From Candidatus Saccharimonadota bacterium (GTDB lineage Archaea > Nanohalarchaeota > Nanosalinia > Nanosalinales > Nanosalinaceae): a stretch of 32,000 nt of DNA. The notes below the pieces were generated by a model. The model was not told the origin of the DNA. It did no database searches and saw only the letters and a program-made list of their open reading frames with translations. The DNA lies in NCBI RefSeq assembly GCF_029232205.1, contig NZ_CP107255.1, positions 600,001 to 632,000 on the forward strand, written 5' to 3'. Below are positions 8,840 through 17,839 of this stretch, in pieces. The position numbers and the translations under genes were made by a program. The first letter of the stretch is position 1. The number at the start of each line of letters is the position of its first letter.

Positions 8840-10407
8840 ACTGTGGATTTGAGGAATGCGAGGTAGAGTGGGTTGGGTTTTTGGAAGGTTGATGTGAATT
8901 CTGGGTGGGCCTGTGTGCCTATGAAGAAGTTGTTTTCCGGTAGTTCTATGTATTCTGCGAGTTTTCCGTTTTGCATTGTTCCTGATATTTTGAGGCCGTT
9001 GGCTTCCAGTTTTTCGTGGTATTCTGGGTTGAGTTCGTAGCGGTGGCGGTGTCTTTCTGTTGCGGTGTCTGACCCGTATATTTTGCTGACTTGGCCTGTG
9101 ATGTTTGCTGTGTAGCTGCCGAGTCTCATTGTTCCTCCCATTTCTTCTATGTTTTTCTGGCCGGGCATTTCCGCGACTACCAGTTCCTGGTCTTCTGATT
9201 CTGCGAATTCTTCGGATACTGCGTTCTCTATTCCGAGGACGTTTCTTGCGAATTCTATTGTCATTAGTTGTAGGCCATAGCAGAGGCCTAGTAGTGGGAT
9301 GTTGTTTTCTCTGCAGTACTGGATTGCGTCTATTTTTCCTTCTACTCCTCTTGATCCGAATCCTCCTGGGATTATTACTCCGTCGTGGCCTTGCAGGGAT
9401 TCTTCATTGAAGTTTTCGGTGTCGATGTATTCTATGTTGACTTGGCCTCCGATTTCTGCTCCTGCGTGTTTGAGTGCTTCTTCTACTGATGCGTAGGAGT
9501 CGTCGATGTCTGTGTATTTTCCGCAGATTGCGATGCTGGATACAGTGTCTTTTTCCAGATTTTCTGTTCTGGCTTTCCAGTCTTTCATCCCGTTCTTTCT
9601 CTCTGGAAGACCCATTTTTTCGGCTATTAGCTTGTCTACGTTCTGTTTGTCCAGTTCAAGAGGTAGTTGGTAGATGTAGTCCAGGTCCGGGTCTGAGATT
9701 ACTTCTTTTTCTTCTACATCGCAGAATAGTGCTATTTTTTCCTGTACGTCTTGATCCAGTTCGTTCTGGCTTCTTCCGACGATCATGTCTGGTTCGAGGC
9801 CCAGGCTCTGCAGTTCTTTGACGGAGTGCTGTGTTGGCTTGGTTTTTTGTTCTCCTACCGTGTCCAGATATGGTACTAGCGTTGTGTGGATTAGATAGGT
9901 GTCTTCTTCTGGTAGTTCGCTTCTTAGTTGTCGGACTGCTTCGAGGAATACCTGGTTTTCAAGGTCTCCGACTGTTCCTCCGATTTCTACTATGTTTATA
10001 TCAGAATTTTTCTCTTCGCCGGCTTCTCGCATGAGTTTTTTCATGCGGTTGGTGACGTGTGGCACCATCTGTACTGTTTTGCCCAGATATTCGCCTTCTC
10101 TTTCTTTTTCGATTACCTGTTTGAATACTTTGCCGGAGGTCAGGTTCTGTTTGCCGGCTGTTTTGATGCCGAGGAATCTTTCGTAGTGGCCGAAGTCCAT
10201 GTCTACTTCCGTACCGTCCTCGAGAACGAATACTTCTCCGTGTTCATGCGGGTTCATCGTCCCCGGATCCACGTTCAGGTATCCGTCACATTTGATCGGT
10301 GTGATCTCTAGTTCTCTTTGCTGTAGAAGTTTGGAAACGCTTGCGGAGACCAGGCCCTTACCCAGTCCTGATAGAACTCCTCCCGTGACAAAAATCCACT
10401 TCGGCAT
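8836..10407 (-). CDS. pyrG: CTP synthase
   Basis: [20 protein letters not shown]-terminus, GATase nucleophile [10 protein letters not shown], and HRHRYELN. Full length, 523 aa. Confidence 0.97.
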   Translation of the reverse strand: MPKWIFVTGGVLSGLGKGLVSASVSKLLQQRELEITPIKCDGYLNVDPGTMNPHEHGEVFVLEDGTEVDMDFGHYERFLGIKTAGKQNLTSGKVFKQVIEKEREGEYLGKTVQMVPHVTNRMKKLMREAGEEKNSDINIVEIGGTVGDLENQVFLEAVRQLRSELPEEDTYLIHTTLVPYLDTVGEQKTKPTQHSVKELQSLGLEPDMIVGRSQNELDQDVQEKIALFCDVEEKEVISDPDLDYIYQLPLELDKQNVDKLIAEKMGLPERKNGMKDWKARTENLEKDTVSSIAICGKYTDIDDSYASVEEALKHAGAEIGGQVNIEYIDTENFNEESLQGHDGVIIPGGFGSRGVEGKIDAIQYCRENNIPLLGLCYGLQLMTIEFARNVLGIENAVSEEFAESEDQELVVAEMPGQKNIEEMGGTMRLGSYTANITGQVSKIYGSDTATERHRHRYELNPEYHEKLEANGLKISGTMQNGKLAEYIELPENNFFIGTQAHPEFTSTFQKPNPLYLAFLKSTV

Positions 10408-10477
10408 GTAACAATTTTAGCCATCAGAAATTAATAGTTGACGAAAGACTCAGTTTCAAGTCGTGAAATATTTTTTG

Positions 10478-10774
10478 TTAGAGAAGGCCTGATAGAAGGT
10501 TGATTATCTGTGATCCTAGGCCTTGTTTTTCGTCTCCGCCTGTTATGGTGTTATCATCCATCTGTCTCTGGCTGGATGGGTCTACTTTTTCCTGTTCTTC
10601 TACTGTTGTGTCTCGGCCCGGTGTTGGATCGGTTGTGGTGTTCTGACTGTTGTCAGATTTGTTTGCTTCTTCCTCATCTCCTCCGAAGTTGAATATGTCT
10701 ATGTTGATCGTGATTGCTGAGGAGAGGCCAATCATCAGGATTATTGAGGCGGCGAGTACTGCTTTTTTCTTCAT
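10478..10774 (-). CDS. Small secreted acidic protein, function unknown
   Basis: 98 aa. Signal-like MKKKAVLAASIILMIGLSSA followed by a low-complexity Asp/Glu/Thr/Gln-rich region. Confidence 0.5.
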   Translation of the reverse strand: MKKKAVLAASIILMIGLSSAITINIDIFNFGGDEEEANKSDNSQNTTTDPTPGRDTTVEEQEKVDPSSQRQMDDNTITGGDEKQGLGSQIINLLSGLL

Positions 10775-10812
10775 TTCAGTGGAGAATTGGAACTGGCCGG
10801 GTTAAAAAGTTT

Positions 10813-11613
10813 CTACTGGTTGAAGTTTTCCTGGTAGAATTCTGCTATTTCTGCTATTTCTTTGACTGTCAGGTTGATGACTCTTTTTTCGGAGTGCGGG
10901 ATCTGGTCTCTGAGTTCTTTGGCCCTGTCTTTTTCGATGTCCAGGATGTGTCTTACGTCGACGAAACTGTTTCTGATCTTTTTTCTTTTGTGTGTGAATA
11001 AGGCCTTGGCTACTTTGAGGAATGTTTCCTCATCTTTTATTCCGTGTCTCTGTTTGTTTGGGTATAGTTTGAGTATTGCTCCGTCTACGTCCGGTGATGG
11101 GTGGAAGTTTCTGGATGGTACGTTTCTGAGTTTTACAGGTACGAAGTAGTAGTTTATTCTTACTGAGAAGTATCCGTAGTTTTTGTCGCCGGGATCTGCT
11201 ACTGCTTTTTCGGCCAGTTCTTTCTGTACCAGGAGAGAGCTCTGGATCTGTTTTTCTCCAAGTAGGTCGAGTATTTCGGAGGATATCTGGAAGGGTATAT
11301 TTCCTACGCATCTTTCGATTTCTTCCGGTATTTCGTATTCGAGAATGTTTTCGTTGATTACTTCGACGTTGTCGAGTTTGAGGCCTTTGACGTGGTTTGC
11401 GAGTGTTGTGTCAGATTCTACTGCGTAGACTTTTTCGGCTTTTTCCGAGAGTTCTCTGGTTATTGATCCGGTTCCGGCCCCTATTTCGAGGACTGTTTTA
11501 TCGTCTATTTCTCCGGCCTCTACCAGTGCTTTGATTGTTGACTGTGAGTTTAGAAAGTTCTGGCCTTCTACAGGTCTTACTCCGAGCTTTTGAAGTTCTT
11601 CTCGTGGTTTCAT
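10813..11613 (-). CDS. rsmA: 16S rRNA (adenine-N6,N6)-dimethyltransferase KsgA/Dim1
   Basis: GQNFL, VLEIGAGTGSITRELS and VGNIPFQISS motifs. It sits at the conserved position downstream of the DUF655 gene. Confidence 0.93.
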   Translation of the reverse strand: MKPREELQKLGVRPVEGQNFLNSQSTIKALVEAGEIDDKTVLEIGAGTGSITRELSEKAEKVYAVESDTTLANHVKGLKLDNVEVINENILEYEIPEEIERCVGNIPFQISSEILDLLGEKQIQSSLLVQKELAEKAVADPGDKNYGYFSVRINYYFVPVKLRNVPSRNFHPSPDVDGAILKLYPNKQRHGIKDEETFLKVAKALFTHKRKKIRNSFVDVRHILDIEKDRAKELRDQIPHSEKRVINLTVKEIAEIAEFYQENFNQ

Positions 11614-12149
11614 CTACCTACGAAAAGGTTTCTCTTGGCGTCTCCTTTAAGCTCGTTTGTAATTCTCTTGACCAGCGTGTCCTTTGGATCCGGTAGCGAT
11701 GGTACTCTTTCTTTGACGTCTGCCAGGCTTTCGAACTCTTTTTCCTCTCTTTCGTCGAGAAGTTTCTGCATGTGTTTGCTTCCGATTCCTGGAAGTAGTT
11801 CGAATGCGTGTCTTCTTGGTGTTACTGGTGTTGCTTCGTTGAAGAATTTGACAAATTCGTCTTCTTTTTCTTCGATTAGTTCCTGGAGGACGTATTTTAG
11901 TTCTGACTTTGCGCTTGCTGTGAGGTCGTCGTAGGAGATCTTGTTTTTGATGTACTGTACTCTGTCTCTTTCTCCTTCGCCTATGTAGAGTTCTTCTCCT
12001 CCTTTAGGCCTTTCTTCATCTCGCATTACTACTTCTAGAAGGTTGTAGTGTTCTGCTCCGATTCCCTGGGCTGTTGGTTCGTCTTTCTGCCCTGATTTTC
12101 CGTGTTCTAGGAAATCTAGTACTCTTATGTGTTCGTCTTTTCCTGGCAT
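11610..12149 (-). CDS. DUF655/COG1491 predicted nucleic-acid-binding protein (OB fold + HhH)
   Basis: IRVLDFLEHG N-terminus and HhH-like ELLPGIGSKHMQKLL. It has the conserved archaeal position between rpoF and ksgA, with a 4-nt overlap with the ksgA start. Confidence 0.8.
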   Translation of the reverse strand: MPGKDEHIRVLDFLEHGKSGQKDEPTAQGIGAEHYNLLEVVMRDEERPKGGEELYIGEGERDRVQYIKNKISYDDLTASAKSELKYVLQELIEEKEDEFVKFFNEATPVTPRRHAFELLPGIGSKHMQKLLDEREEKEFESLADVKERVPSLPDPKDTLVKRITNELKGDAKRNLFVGR

Positions 12150-12188
12150 TGTTGATCTAGTCCTCCGTTAAAAAAGGGTTTTTTCTCA

Positions 12189-12207
12189 AGAAGGCATAAG
12201 GCCTTCT
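12189..12207 (-). terminator. Short hairpin between rpoF and the DUF655 gene
   Basis: A 7-bp stem (12189-12195 agaaggc pairs with 12201-12207 gccttct) with a 5-nt loop. It overlaps an AGGCCT copy, and a T-run follows on the minus strand (cccttttttaac). Confidence 0.3.
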
Positions 12208-12254
12208 AGTTAAGATATTAAAGGAAGTCAAGAAGTTAAAAGGGTTTCCCGGTT

Positions 12255-12590
12255 CTAGTTTGCTGTTTCGATACTCTGACAGATCTCGAGGATGTCTTCG
12301 ATCTGTGAGTCATCCAGCTTGATCCTCTCTTTGGAGAATACTGATCTGACCGTTGATTCGTGCTGCGGTACTATTTCCAGCAGTTTGTAGATATGTTTAT
12401 CCTTCAGATCTTCGATCTCTGTGAATTCTTCGTAGAGTTCTTTGAGAGTGTCTACATCGTCTACTTTGACGTGTCGGGAAAGATTCTCCAGTGCAATCTT
12501 CTGTTCGTGGGAGAGATCTTCCTCGTCTCTTTCTTCCAGTGCTTCAAGTGCTTCAATCGGGAATACAAATTCTTCTTCTTTAATTTCCAT
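12255..12590 (-). CDS. rpoF: DNA-directed RNA polymerase subunit F (Rpo4)
   Basis: 111-aa acidic helical protein immediately downstream of rpl21e, which is the conserved archaeal gene order. Rpb4-like C-terminal pattern KHIYKLLEIVPQHESTVRSVFSKERI. Confidence 0.8.
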   Translation of the reverse strand: MEIKEEEFVFPIEALEALEERDEEDLSHEQKIALENLSRHVKVDDVDTLKELYEEFTEIEDLKDKHIYKLLEIVPQHESTVRSVFSKERIKLDDSQIEDILEICQSIETAN

Positions 12591-12608
12591 TTTTTGATCA
12601 GGCCTCTG

Positions 12609-12902
12609 TTATTCTTCCTCCAGTTTCTGGAGGTGTACTGGTGCTACGTAGAGAGTTTTATCCTTTCCGCCGTCTGTGAACTGGACTTCGTAGGCATCTC
12701 CTCTCTTTCCTGTTACTTCTACTGTTGTTCCGTGGAATCTTGCGTGAGGTTGTCCTGACTGTACTGAGGAGTCAACCTTAATCAAGGCCTTTTCTCCTTC
12801 TTCGAACTCTTTCAGGTATTCGTTTACTTTTGTTTTTGCTCCCTGGTCACGCTTGAACTTTTTCCTTGAGCCATGTAGTGCTCCTCTGGATTTCTCTGCC
12901 AT
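12609..12902 (-). CDS. rpl21e: 50S ribosomal protein L21e
   Basis: SRGALHGSRKKF and PHARFHGTTVEVTGKRGDAY are typical of L21e. 97 aa. Confidence 0.93.
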   Translation of the reverse strand: MAEKSRGALHGSRKKFKRDQGAKTKVNEYLKEFEEGEKALIKVDSSVQSGQPHARFHGTTVEVTGKRGDAYEVQFTDGGKDKTLYVAPVHLQKLEEE

Positions 12903-12976
12903 TATATTTTTACCTCGTTATGTAGGAAAATCAGAAGTTTAAACTTTTTAAAGAAGTGGCTGTTTGAGGGTTTTCC

Positions 12977-14266
12977 CTATTCGTTGCCGACTTTTTCTAC
13001 CCATGAAACATCCAGATGAGTACATTCTGCCTCGACTCCGAGAAGGCCTGCGACACTAGGTTCTGTTCTTCCACCATCAGAAGAGATCATCTCCTTGATG
13101 TAGGTACCGGCCTCAGCCTTGACATCTATCTCAATCTGGCATTCGCCGGTCTTCTCATAATCTATCTCATAGACCTCTCTTTTCCGGACTTTATCGGCCC
13201 TACGGTGTTCGACTCTCTCAGGAGTTCTCTGCTCGATAGTGCCTATCAACTGCTCGAGAACCTCTAGATCCTCTACATCTACATCTTCTGATAGCTCGAT
13301 CTTTGCTCTGTAGGCCTTATCTGTCCTGGTTTCCTTGATCTCTTCTATCTTATCTTTGTGTGTCCACGCGGTTTCGAATATCTCGATCTTATCTGTAGAT
13401 TCGTTGACTTCTTCTTGCAGGGCCTCTAAATCCAGGTCTCTATTGAGTGGTTCGATCAGTTCGAGTACGAATTCTCTGCGGCCGAAGCATTTTGCGTCTA
13501 CGTCTTCTCTGCCGTTTCCGTGGAACTTGGCTTCTATGGCCTTTGATTCTCTGAGGAATGGGTCCATTATTTCTTCCTGTACGCTGGTAGGATAGTTTTT
13601 GCCTGTCCAGTCGCATTCGTCGCATCCGCTTCCTCTGCAGTTTCTGCAGTGCCATTCTGTCTGTGGGATCTCACGTGAGTATTTGTTGTATTGTGAGTAG
13701 ATGAGCAGCGAGTTGACCTGTAGTTCGACTCTTTCCTTACCTTCTCTCATGTCTACTACAGCCATTATGTCGGCTCTTTCGAAGTTGACGCTGAGATCTG
13801 TTCTGTCTTCTATTCTTTTTCCAATCAGTCGGGATAGCTCTGTTTTGACCGGTTCCGTCCATTCAACGCTGTATTCCTCCCATAGATCTTCTTCGGCCTG
13901 GAATACTTCTTCTGGAGGCCTTATTCCTACTAGAAATGTTTCAAGTTCGTATCTTTCGAAGGAGTCTATTACCATGTCAGTGTATCTGTCGACTTCTCCA
14001 AAGATGTTGTCACATAGCTCGCAGCTTCCAGATCCTTTCCCATATTCTGCGTCTTCAGGAATATTTTCTCTTACAAAGGAGTCTTCATCCAGCTCTTCTT
14101 TTTCGATATCGCGGATGATTGCTCCTCTTTCCCAGTTTTCAAGGCCGTGGCCTAGTTGTGCGAACTGTCTTCCGAGACAGTGATCGCATAGTTCTTCATT
14201 CTCTAGAATTCTTGAGGCCTTGTCGGCTACTGTTTGAATGTTCATAGGGTTCTTTGAGGAGGGCAA
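12977..14266 (-). CDS. pus10: tRNA pseudouridine(54/55) synthase Pus10
   Basis: N-terminal Zn motif CDHCLGRQFA...CELC, second Cys cluster HCRNCRGSGCDECDWTG, and catalytic-region GREDVDAKCFGRREF. Confidence 0.9.
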   Translation of the reverse strand: MPSSKNPMNIQTVADKASRILENEELCDHCLGRQFAQLGHGLENWERGAIIRDIEKEELDEDSFVRENIPEDAEYGKGSGSCELCDNIFGEVDRYTDMVIDSFERYELETFLVGIRPPEEVFQAEEDLWEEYSVEWTEPVKTELSRLIGKRIEDRTDLSVNFERADIMAVVDMREGKERVELQVNSLLIYSQYNKYSREIPQTEWHCRNCRGSGCDECDWTGKNYPTSVQEEIMDPFLRESKAIEAKFHGNGREDVDAKCFGRREFVLELIEPLNRDLDLEALQEEVNESTDKIEIFETAWTHKDKIEEIKETRTDKAYRAKIELSEDVDVEDLEVLEQLIGTIEQRTPERVEHRRADKVRKREVYEIDYEKTGECQIEIDVKAEAGTYIKEMISSDGGRTEPSVAGLLGVEAECTHLDVSWVEKVGNE

Positions 14267-14282
14267 TCTTTTATGGACTGCT

Positions 14283-14822
14283 TTAGAGTTTGAAGGTTCT
14301 GGTTTCTTTTTCTTTGAGTTCTCCTTCCTCTGTTTTTTCTATTATTCGGGCCTCGAGTTCATTTTCTGATAGTTCTATTTCCATCATGGTGGGGTTTCCG
14401 GGCCTGGCTGTTCCGCCGCCTACTCCTGTGCAGCTGCCTGGGTTGAGGAGGATTTTTCCTTCGTGTTTTGCTATTTCTTCCTGGTGTGAGTGGCCGTGGA
14501 TTAGTACGTCGACTTCGAGGTCCTCTTCTGCTATTTTTGATAGTGTGTCGTGGTCTCCGCGCGGGTTTATTCCTGTTCCGTGATAGACTCCGAATTTGAG
14601 GCCTTGTTTTTCGAATGTTTCTGATGTTGGCAGGTCGAAGAAGTCGCAGTTTCCTTTGACAGCTACTAGTTCTCCGTATTCATCTATACCATTGTATACA
14701 GGTTTTTCTGCGAAGTCGCCTGCGTGTACTGTTAGTTCTGCTTCTTTCATTTTCTCCCTGTATTCTTCAGGTATTTTTTCGGCCCGGGTGGGTACGTGGG
14801 AGTCGGAGACTACTGCTATCAT
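14283..14822 (-). CDS. MJ0936/YfcE-family metallophosphoesterase
   Basis: VVSDSHVP, HAGDF, KGNCD and HGHSH metal-ligand motifs in the canonical order. Confidence 0.88.
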   Translation of the reverse strand: MIAVVSDSHVPTRAEKIPEEYREKMKEAELTVHAGDFAEKPVYNGIDEYGELVAVKGNCDFFDLPTSETFEKQGLKFGVYHGTGINPRGDHDTLSKIAEEDLEVDVLIHGHSHQEEIAKHEGKILLNPGSCTGVGGGTARPGNPTMMEIELSENELEARIIEKTEEGELKEKETRTFKL

Positions 14823-14850
14823 GTTTGTTATTGGGTGGTGTTCGGAATAT

Positions 14851-14858
14851 TTTATATA
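14851..14858 (-). promoter_or_regulatory. TATA-box-like element for the phosphodiesterase-pus10 unit
   Basis: The minus strand reads TATATAAA, with its proximal edge 29 nt upstream of the ATG at 14822. Confidence 0.45.
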
Positions 14859-14929
14859 GGATGGTTTCGGTAGTTTATCTACGGGGAATCTTATCTTTAC
14901 AGATGGAGGGGTAAAGTCGATGATCTATC

Positions 14930-15241
14930 ATGAGAACAAGACAGGACGAACTTCGCAGAGAGGTACGGAAGAAGCTTTTACTGGCTTCGTTAGGTGTAAC
15001 TAGAGCCCTGTCCAGTATTGATTACAATATCCCTTCAAAATGGCTTTCTGTTATTGATAGTGTGACTGTTTCTTCTGAGACTGCTCACGCTCGTCTTTCT
15101 ATGCTTGACGAAGAGGTTCAGAGAGAGTACATTGAGAAGGAAGAAATGATTGAGAGAAGGCTTGGTAAAAGAAAGTTTTACGATGACGAAGAGATCGATG
15201 AGATCCGCGAACAGATTAAAAATACAGAGTTAAGGCCTTAG
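14930..15241 (+). CDS. Hypothetical charged helical protein
   Basis: This is the only long ORF in an otherwise empty 415-nt gap. Protein-like charged composition, no recognisable motif, and an uncertain start. Confidence 0.4.
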   Translation: MRTRQDELRREVRKKLLLASLGVTRALSSIDYNIPSKWLSVIDSVTVSSETAHARLSMLDEEVQREYIEKEEMIERRLGKRKFYDDEEIDEIREQIKNTELRP

Positions 15242-16530
15242 AAACCCAGGTTCTGCATTATGTCTTGCATATTTCCTCTTTTCAGTGATTTCTTGTCGAA
15301 CTTGTCCATCATGTTCTTTGTCTGGCGGTAGTGTTTGAGGAGGTCGCGTACTTCTCTCTCCGTTTTTCCTGATCCATTGGCTATTCTTTCTATTCGGCCT
15401 CTTTTGATGACTGAAGGATCTTTCTTTTCTTCGTCGGTCATTGAGTCCATGATTGTTGAGTAGCTCTGTATCTTTCCTTCTGTCAGATTGGAGATGTTGT
15501 CAGGGATCTGATTTCCTCCAATTGGTAGTTGCTGGAACATTTCCTCCATCATTCCTGTGTCCGTTACTTGGGCCATTTGTTCCTGGAAGTCTTCAAGTGT
15601 GAAGTCTCCTTCGAGGAGGGCCTCGGGATCGGTATCCATCTCCTCGATTTTTTCCAGTAGAGATTCGAGGTCTGGCTGGCCGATCATCTGGGAGACAAAC
15701 TCTACAGGGTCGTATGGTTCGAGATCCTGCATCTGTTCTCCTGTACCGACGAACTTGACCTGAGCACCAGAGTGTTCACATGCTACAAGTGCTCCACCAC
15801 CTTTAGCTGATGAATCCATCTTCGTAACGATGACTCCTGTGATTCCGACTGCATCATCGAACTGTTCAGCCTGGTCTCTTGCTGACTGACCGATATCCGC
15901 GGGCATAACCAGGTATTTTTCATCCGGTTGCAAGGCCTTTTCCATTTCGGAAAGTTCTTCGCTTAATTCGGCGTTCAGGGAGTTTCGCCCGGCAGAATCG
16001 ACGATAAGCACATCGACATCGAGGGCCTTTTTCCCGGCCTTGACTACTTTGACAGGATCTTCTGCGTCTTTCTCTCCATAGAATTCTACGTCTACGTCTT
16101 CTGCTATCTGTTTTAGCTGGTCGTATGCTGCCGGTCTGTCGGTGTCTGCTGCGATTACTCCAACTTTAAGGCCTCTTTTACGGTAGAAATCCGCTATTTT
16201 TCCTGTTGTGGTGGTCTTTCCTGCTCCATAGAGGCCTGCTAGTAGTATTGTTTGTGGCTCGATTTCTATCTCGGCTTCGTCGCCGAGTAGGTCTTCTAGC
16301 TGGTTGTATACTATTTCGAGTACGTGTTCTTTTCTTGTGAGGCCTGATGGCACTTCGTCTTCCAGTGCTTTTTCTCTGATGTCGTCGCTGATGTCTGATA
16401 CGAGGGATACGTCGACGTCGGCCTGGATTAGATCTCTCTGTATGTCTTTGACTAGTTCTTCTACTGCTTCTTTGTCCGCTACACTTTTGCGGGAGAACTT
16501 CTGTACTGATTCCTTGATCCTGTCAAACAT
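15238..16530 (-). CDS. srp54: Signal recognition particle protein SRP54
   Basis: LLAGLYGAGKTTTTGKIA P-loop, AADTDRPAAYDQL, VDSAGR, and a Met-rich C-terminal M domain. Confidence 0.96.
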   Translation of the reverse strand: MFDRIKESVQKFSRKSVADKEAVEELVKDIQRDLIQADVDVSLVSDISDDIREKALEDEVPSGLTRKEHVLEIVYNQLEDLLGDEAEIEIEPQTILLAGLYGAGKTTTTGKIADFYRKRGLKVGVIAADTDRPAAYDQLKQIAEDVDVEFYGEKDAEDPVKVVKAGKKALDVDVLIVDSAGRNSLNAELSEELSEMEKALQPDEKYLVMPADIGQSARDQAEQFDDAVGITGVIVTKMDSSAKGGGALVACEHSGAQVKFVGTGEQMQDLEPYDPVEFVSQMIGQPDLESLLEKIEEMDTDPEALLEGDFTLEDFQEQMAQVTDTGMMEEMFQQLPIGGNQIPDNISNLTEGKIQSYSTIMDSMTDEEKKDPSVIKRGRIERIANGSGKTEREVRDLLKHYRQTKNMMDKFDKKSLKRGNMQDIMQNLGF

Positions 16531-16552
16531 GTTTTGGAATTAGCTGCGAAAG

Positions 16553-16561
16553 ATTAAATTA
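16553..16561 (-). promoter_or_regulatory. TATA-box-like element for srp54
   Basis: The minus strand reads TAATTTAAT, centred ~27 nt upstream of the ATG at 16530. Confidence 0.4.
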
Positions 16562-16587
16562 CTGGGCCTGTTTTACTGGAATGCAAG

Positions 16588-16935
16588 TTAGTGTGGTTCT
16601 CCGATGTTCCAGTATTTGTATAGTAGCATTGCGAGGGCTGTGGCGAGGAGTGCGGTGCCGAGGCCGTATTTTATTGAGATGTTGATTGTTTGGCCTTTGA
16701 GTATGAGGTAGGTGGTTCCTGCTAGGAGGGCTGTTATGGCGAGCATTGGTGGGTTGATGAAGTAGCCGATGAAGTCCCATATTTTGCTGTAGTCGGTGAA
16801 TCTGTACAGTATCCAGGCTGTGGCGAAGATTACGAATACTGCGGAGGCGGTGTCTGTTTTTTGGTAGGCTAGGTATCCTGTGGTTGCTGCTATAAGTGCG
16901 ATGAGGGTGTATCCCAGTGTTTTGTTGTTGGCCAC
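16588..16935 (-). CDS. Small four-helix membrane protein, function unknown
   Basis: 115 aa, almost entirely hydrophobic helices. No overlapping alternative. Confidence 0.55.
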   Translation of the reverse strand: MANNKTLGYTLIALIAATTGYLAYQKTDTASAVFVIFATAWILYRFTDYSKIWDFIGYFINPPMLAITALLAGTTYLILKGQTINISIKYGLGTALLATALAMLLYKYWNIGEPH

Positions 16936-16992
16936 TGAGAAGGTTTTCTGGTTTAAAGGAATAAAAGTTTTTCAGGTCATACTTGTGTTACG

Positions 16993-17814
16993 ATGGATTT
17001 TCCGATAAGAAGAGTTGGTGATAGGAATATGCATTATTTTGAGTCAGATGAAGACTCTTCTATCCAGCTTGTTTTCCTTCCAAGTGGTTTTAATCCAGAA
17101 TTATGGAGACACCAGCTCAAGTATTTTTCCAGAGAGTTCAAGACTATTGCATTCAGGCCTACTGCCAGCAGGAGAAATCTTGAGGGAGAGGTTGATTGTT
17201 TAGAGGAAATTCTTGAACAGGATGGGATTAACAACGCGATTATTGTCTCCCATCATCTTGGAAACAGTATTGCTCAGAGCATGGAGTATAACGAGAATGT
17301 TGTAGGCCTTGTTTCAACTGGCAGCCGTGATAGGTTCAGTAAGAAGCCGCCTAGAATGGTTTATCGGTTTTTGAAGAAGCTGGGTTGCGGTGAGCCGAAG
17401 CTTGTTAAGAAGCTCTTGTTCTCTGATTTTGCGAAGTATGAGGTTGTTAAGGAGTTTGTAAATGATATTGAAATGCCGGAGTACGATGTTTTTGAGCAGT
17501 ATTACCGTAATTATAGTGTTGAAAGACCTGTGAAGCATTCGATGGTTGTTCATGCTTCGGAGGATCGTTTTTCTGATATTGATTTTATTCGTTCTTTGAA
17601 GCCTGGGCCTCAGATCAGTATTATTCAGGATGCTGGTACTTTCAGTTTTTATGAGAAGCCCGGCGACTTTAACAAGGCTCTTCATGACTTTTTGAGGCAG
17701 TTGGAGGAGTTTGTGGATGAGCGCGAGCTTGCTGAAGCCAAGAGTAAGAACAGGTCTTTGAAGGATTTCAGTGGTCGAAAAGCTATGAAGAGAAAGATAA
17801 AAGTTGAGCAGTGA
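16993..17814 (+). CDS. Alpha/beta-hydrolase-fold protein with substituted catalytic positions (probable pseudoenzyme)
   Basis: The fold pattern LVFLPSG...FKTIAFRP...AIIVSHHLGNSIAQ...VVHASEDRF...IQDAGTFSFYEKPGDF aligns to the canonical HG / GxSxG / D / GH pattern. The nucleophile Ser is replaced by His and the catalytic His by Thr. Confidence 0.7.
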   Translation: MDFPIRRVGDRNMHYFESDEDSSIQLVFLPSGFNPELWRHQLKYFSREFKTIAFRPTASRRNLEGEVDCLEEILEQDGINNAIIVSHHLGNSIAQSMEYNENVVGLVSTGSRDRFSKKPPRMVYRFLKKLGCGEPKLVKKLLFSDFAKYEVVKEFVNDIEMPEYDVFEQYYRNYSVERPVKHSMVVHASEDRFSDIDFIRSLKPGPQISIIQDAGTFSFYEKPGDFNKALHDFLRQLEEFVDERELAEAKSKNRSLKDFSGRKAMKRKIKVEQ

Positions 17815-17839
17815 ATTAGTTTTTGAGGTGTATTTTTGA

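Noticed and set aside
12166-12249. Direct repeat GTTAAAA(AA)GGGTTT at about 12166 and about 12234 in the rpoF/DUF655 spacer
   Set aside because: It is short and A/T-rich. It is most simply explained as a TATA/terminator-like T-run (minus strand AAACCCTTTT(TT)AAC) occurring twice, which is not enough to call a specific regulatory repeat.
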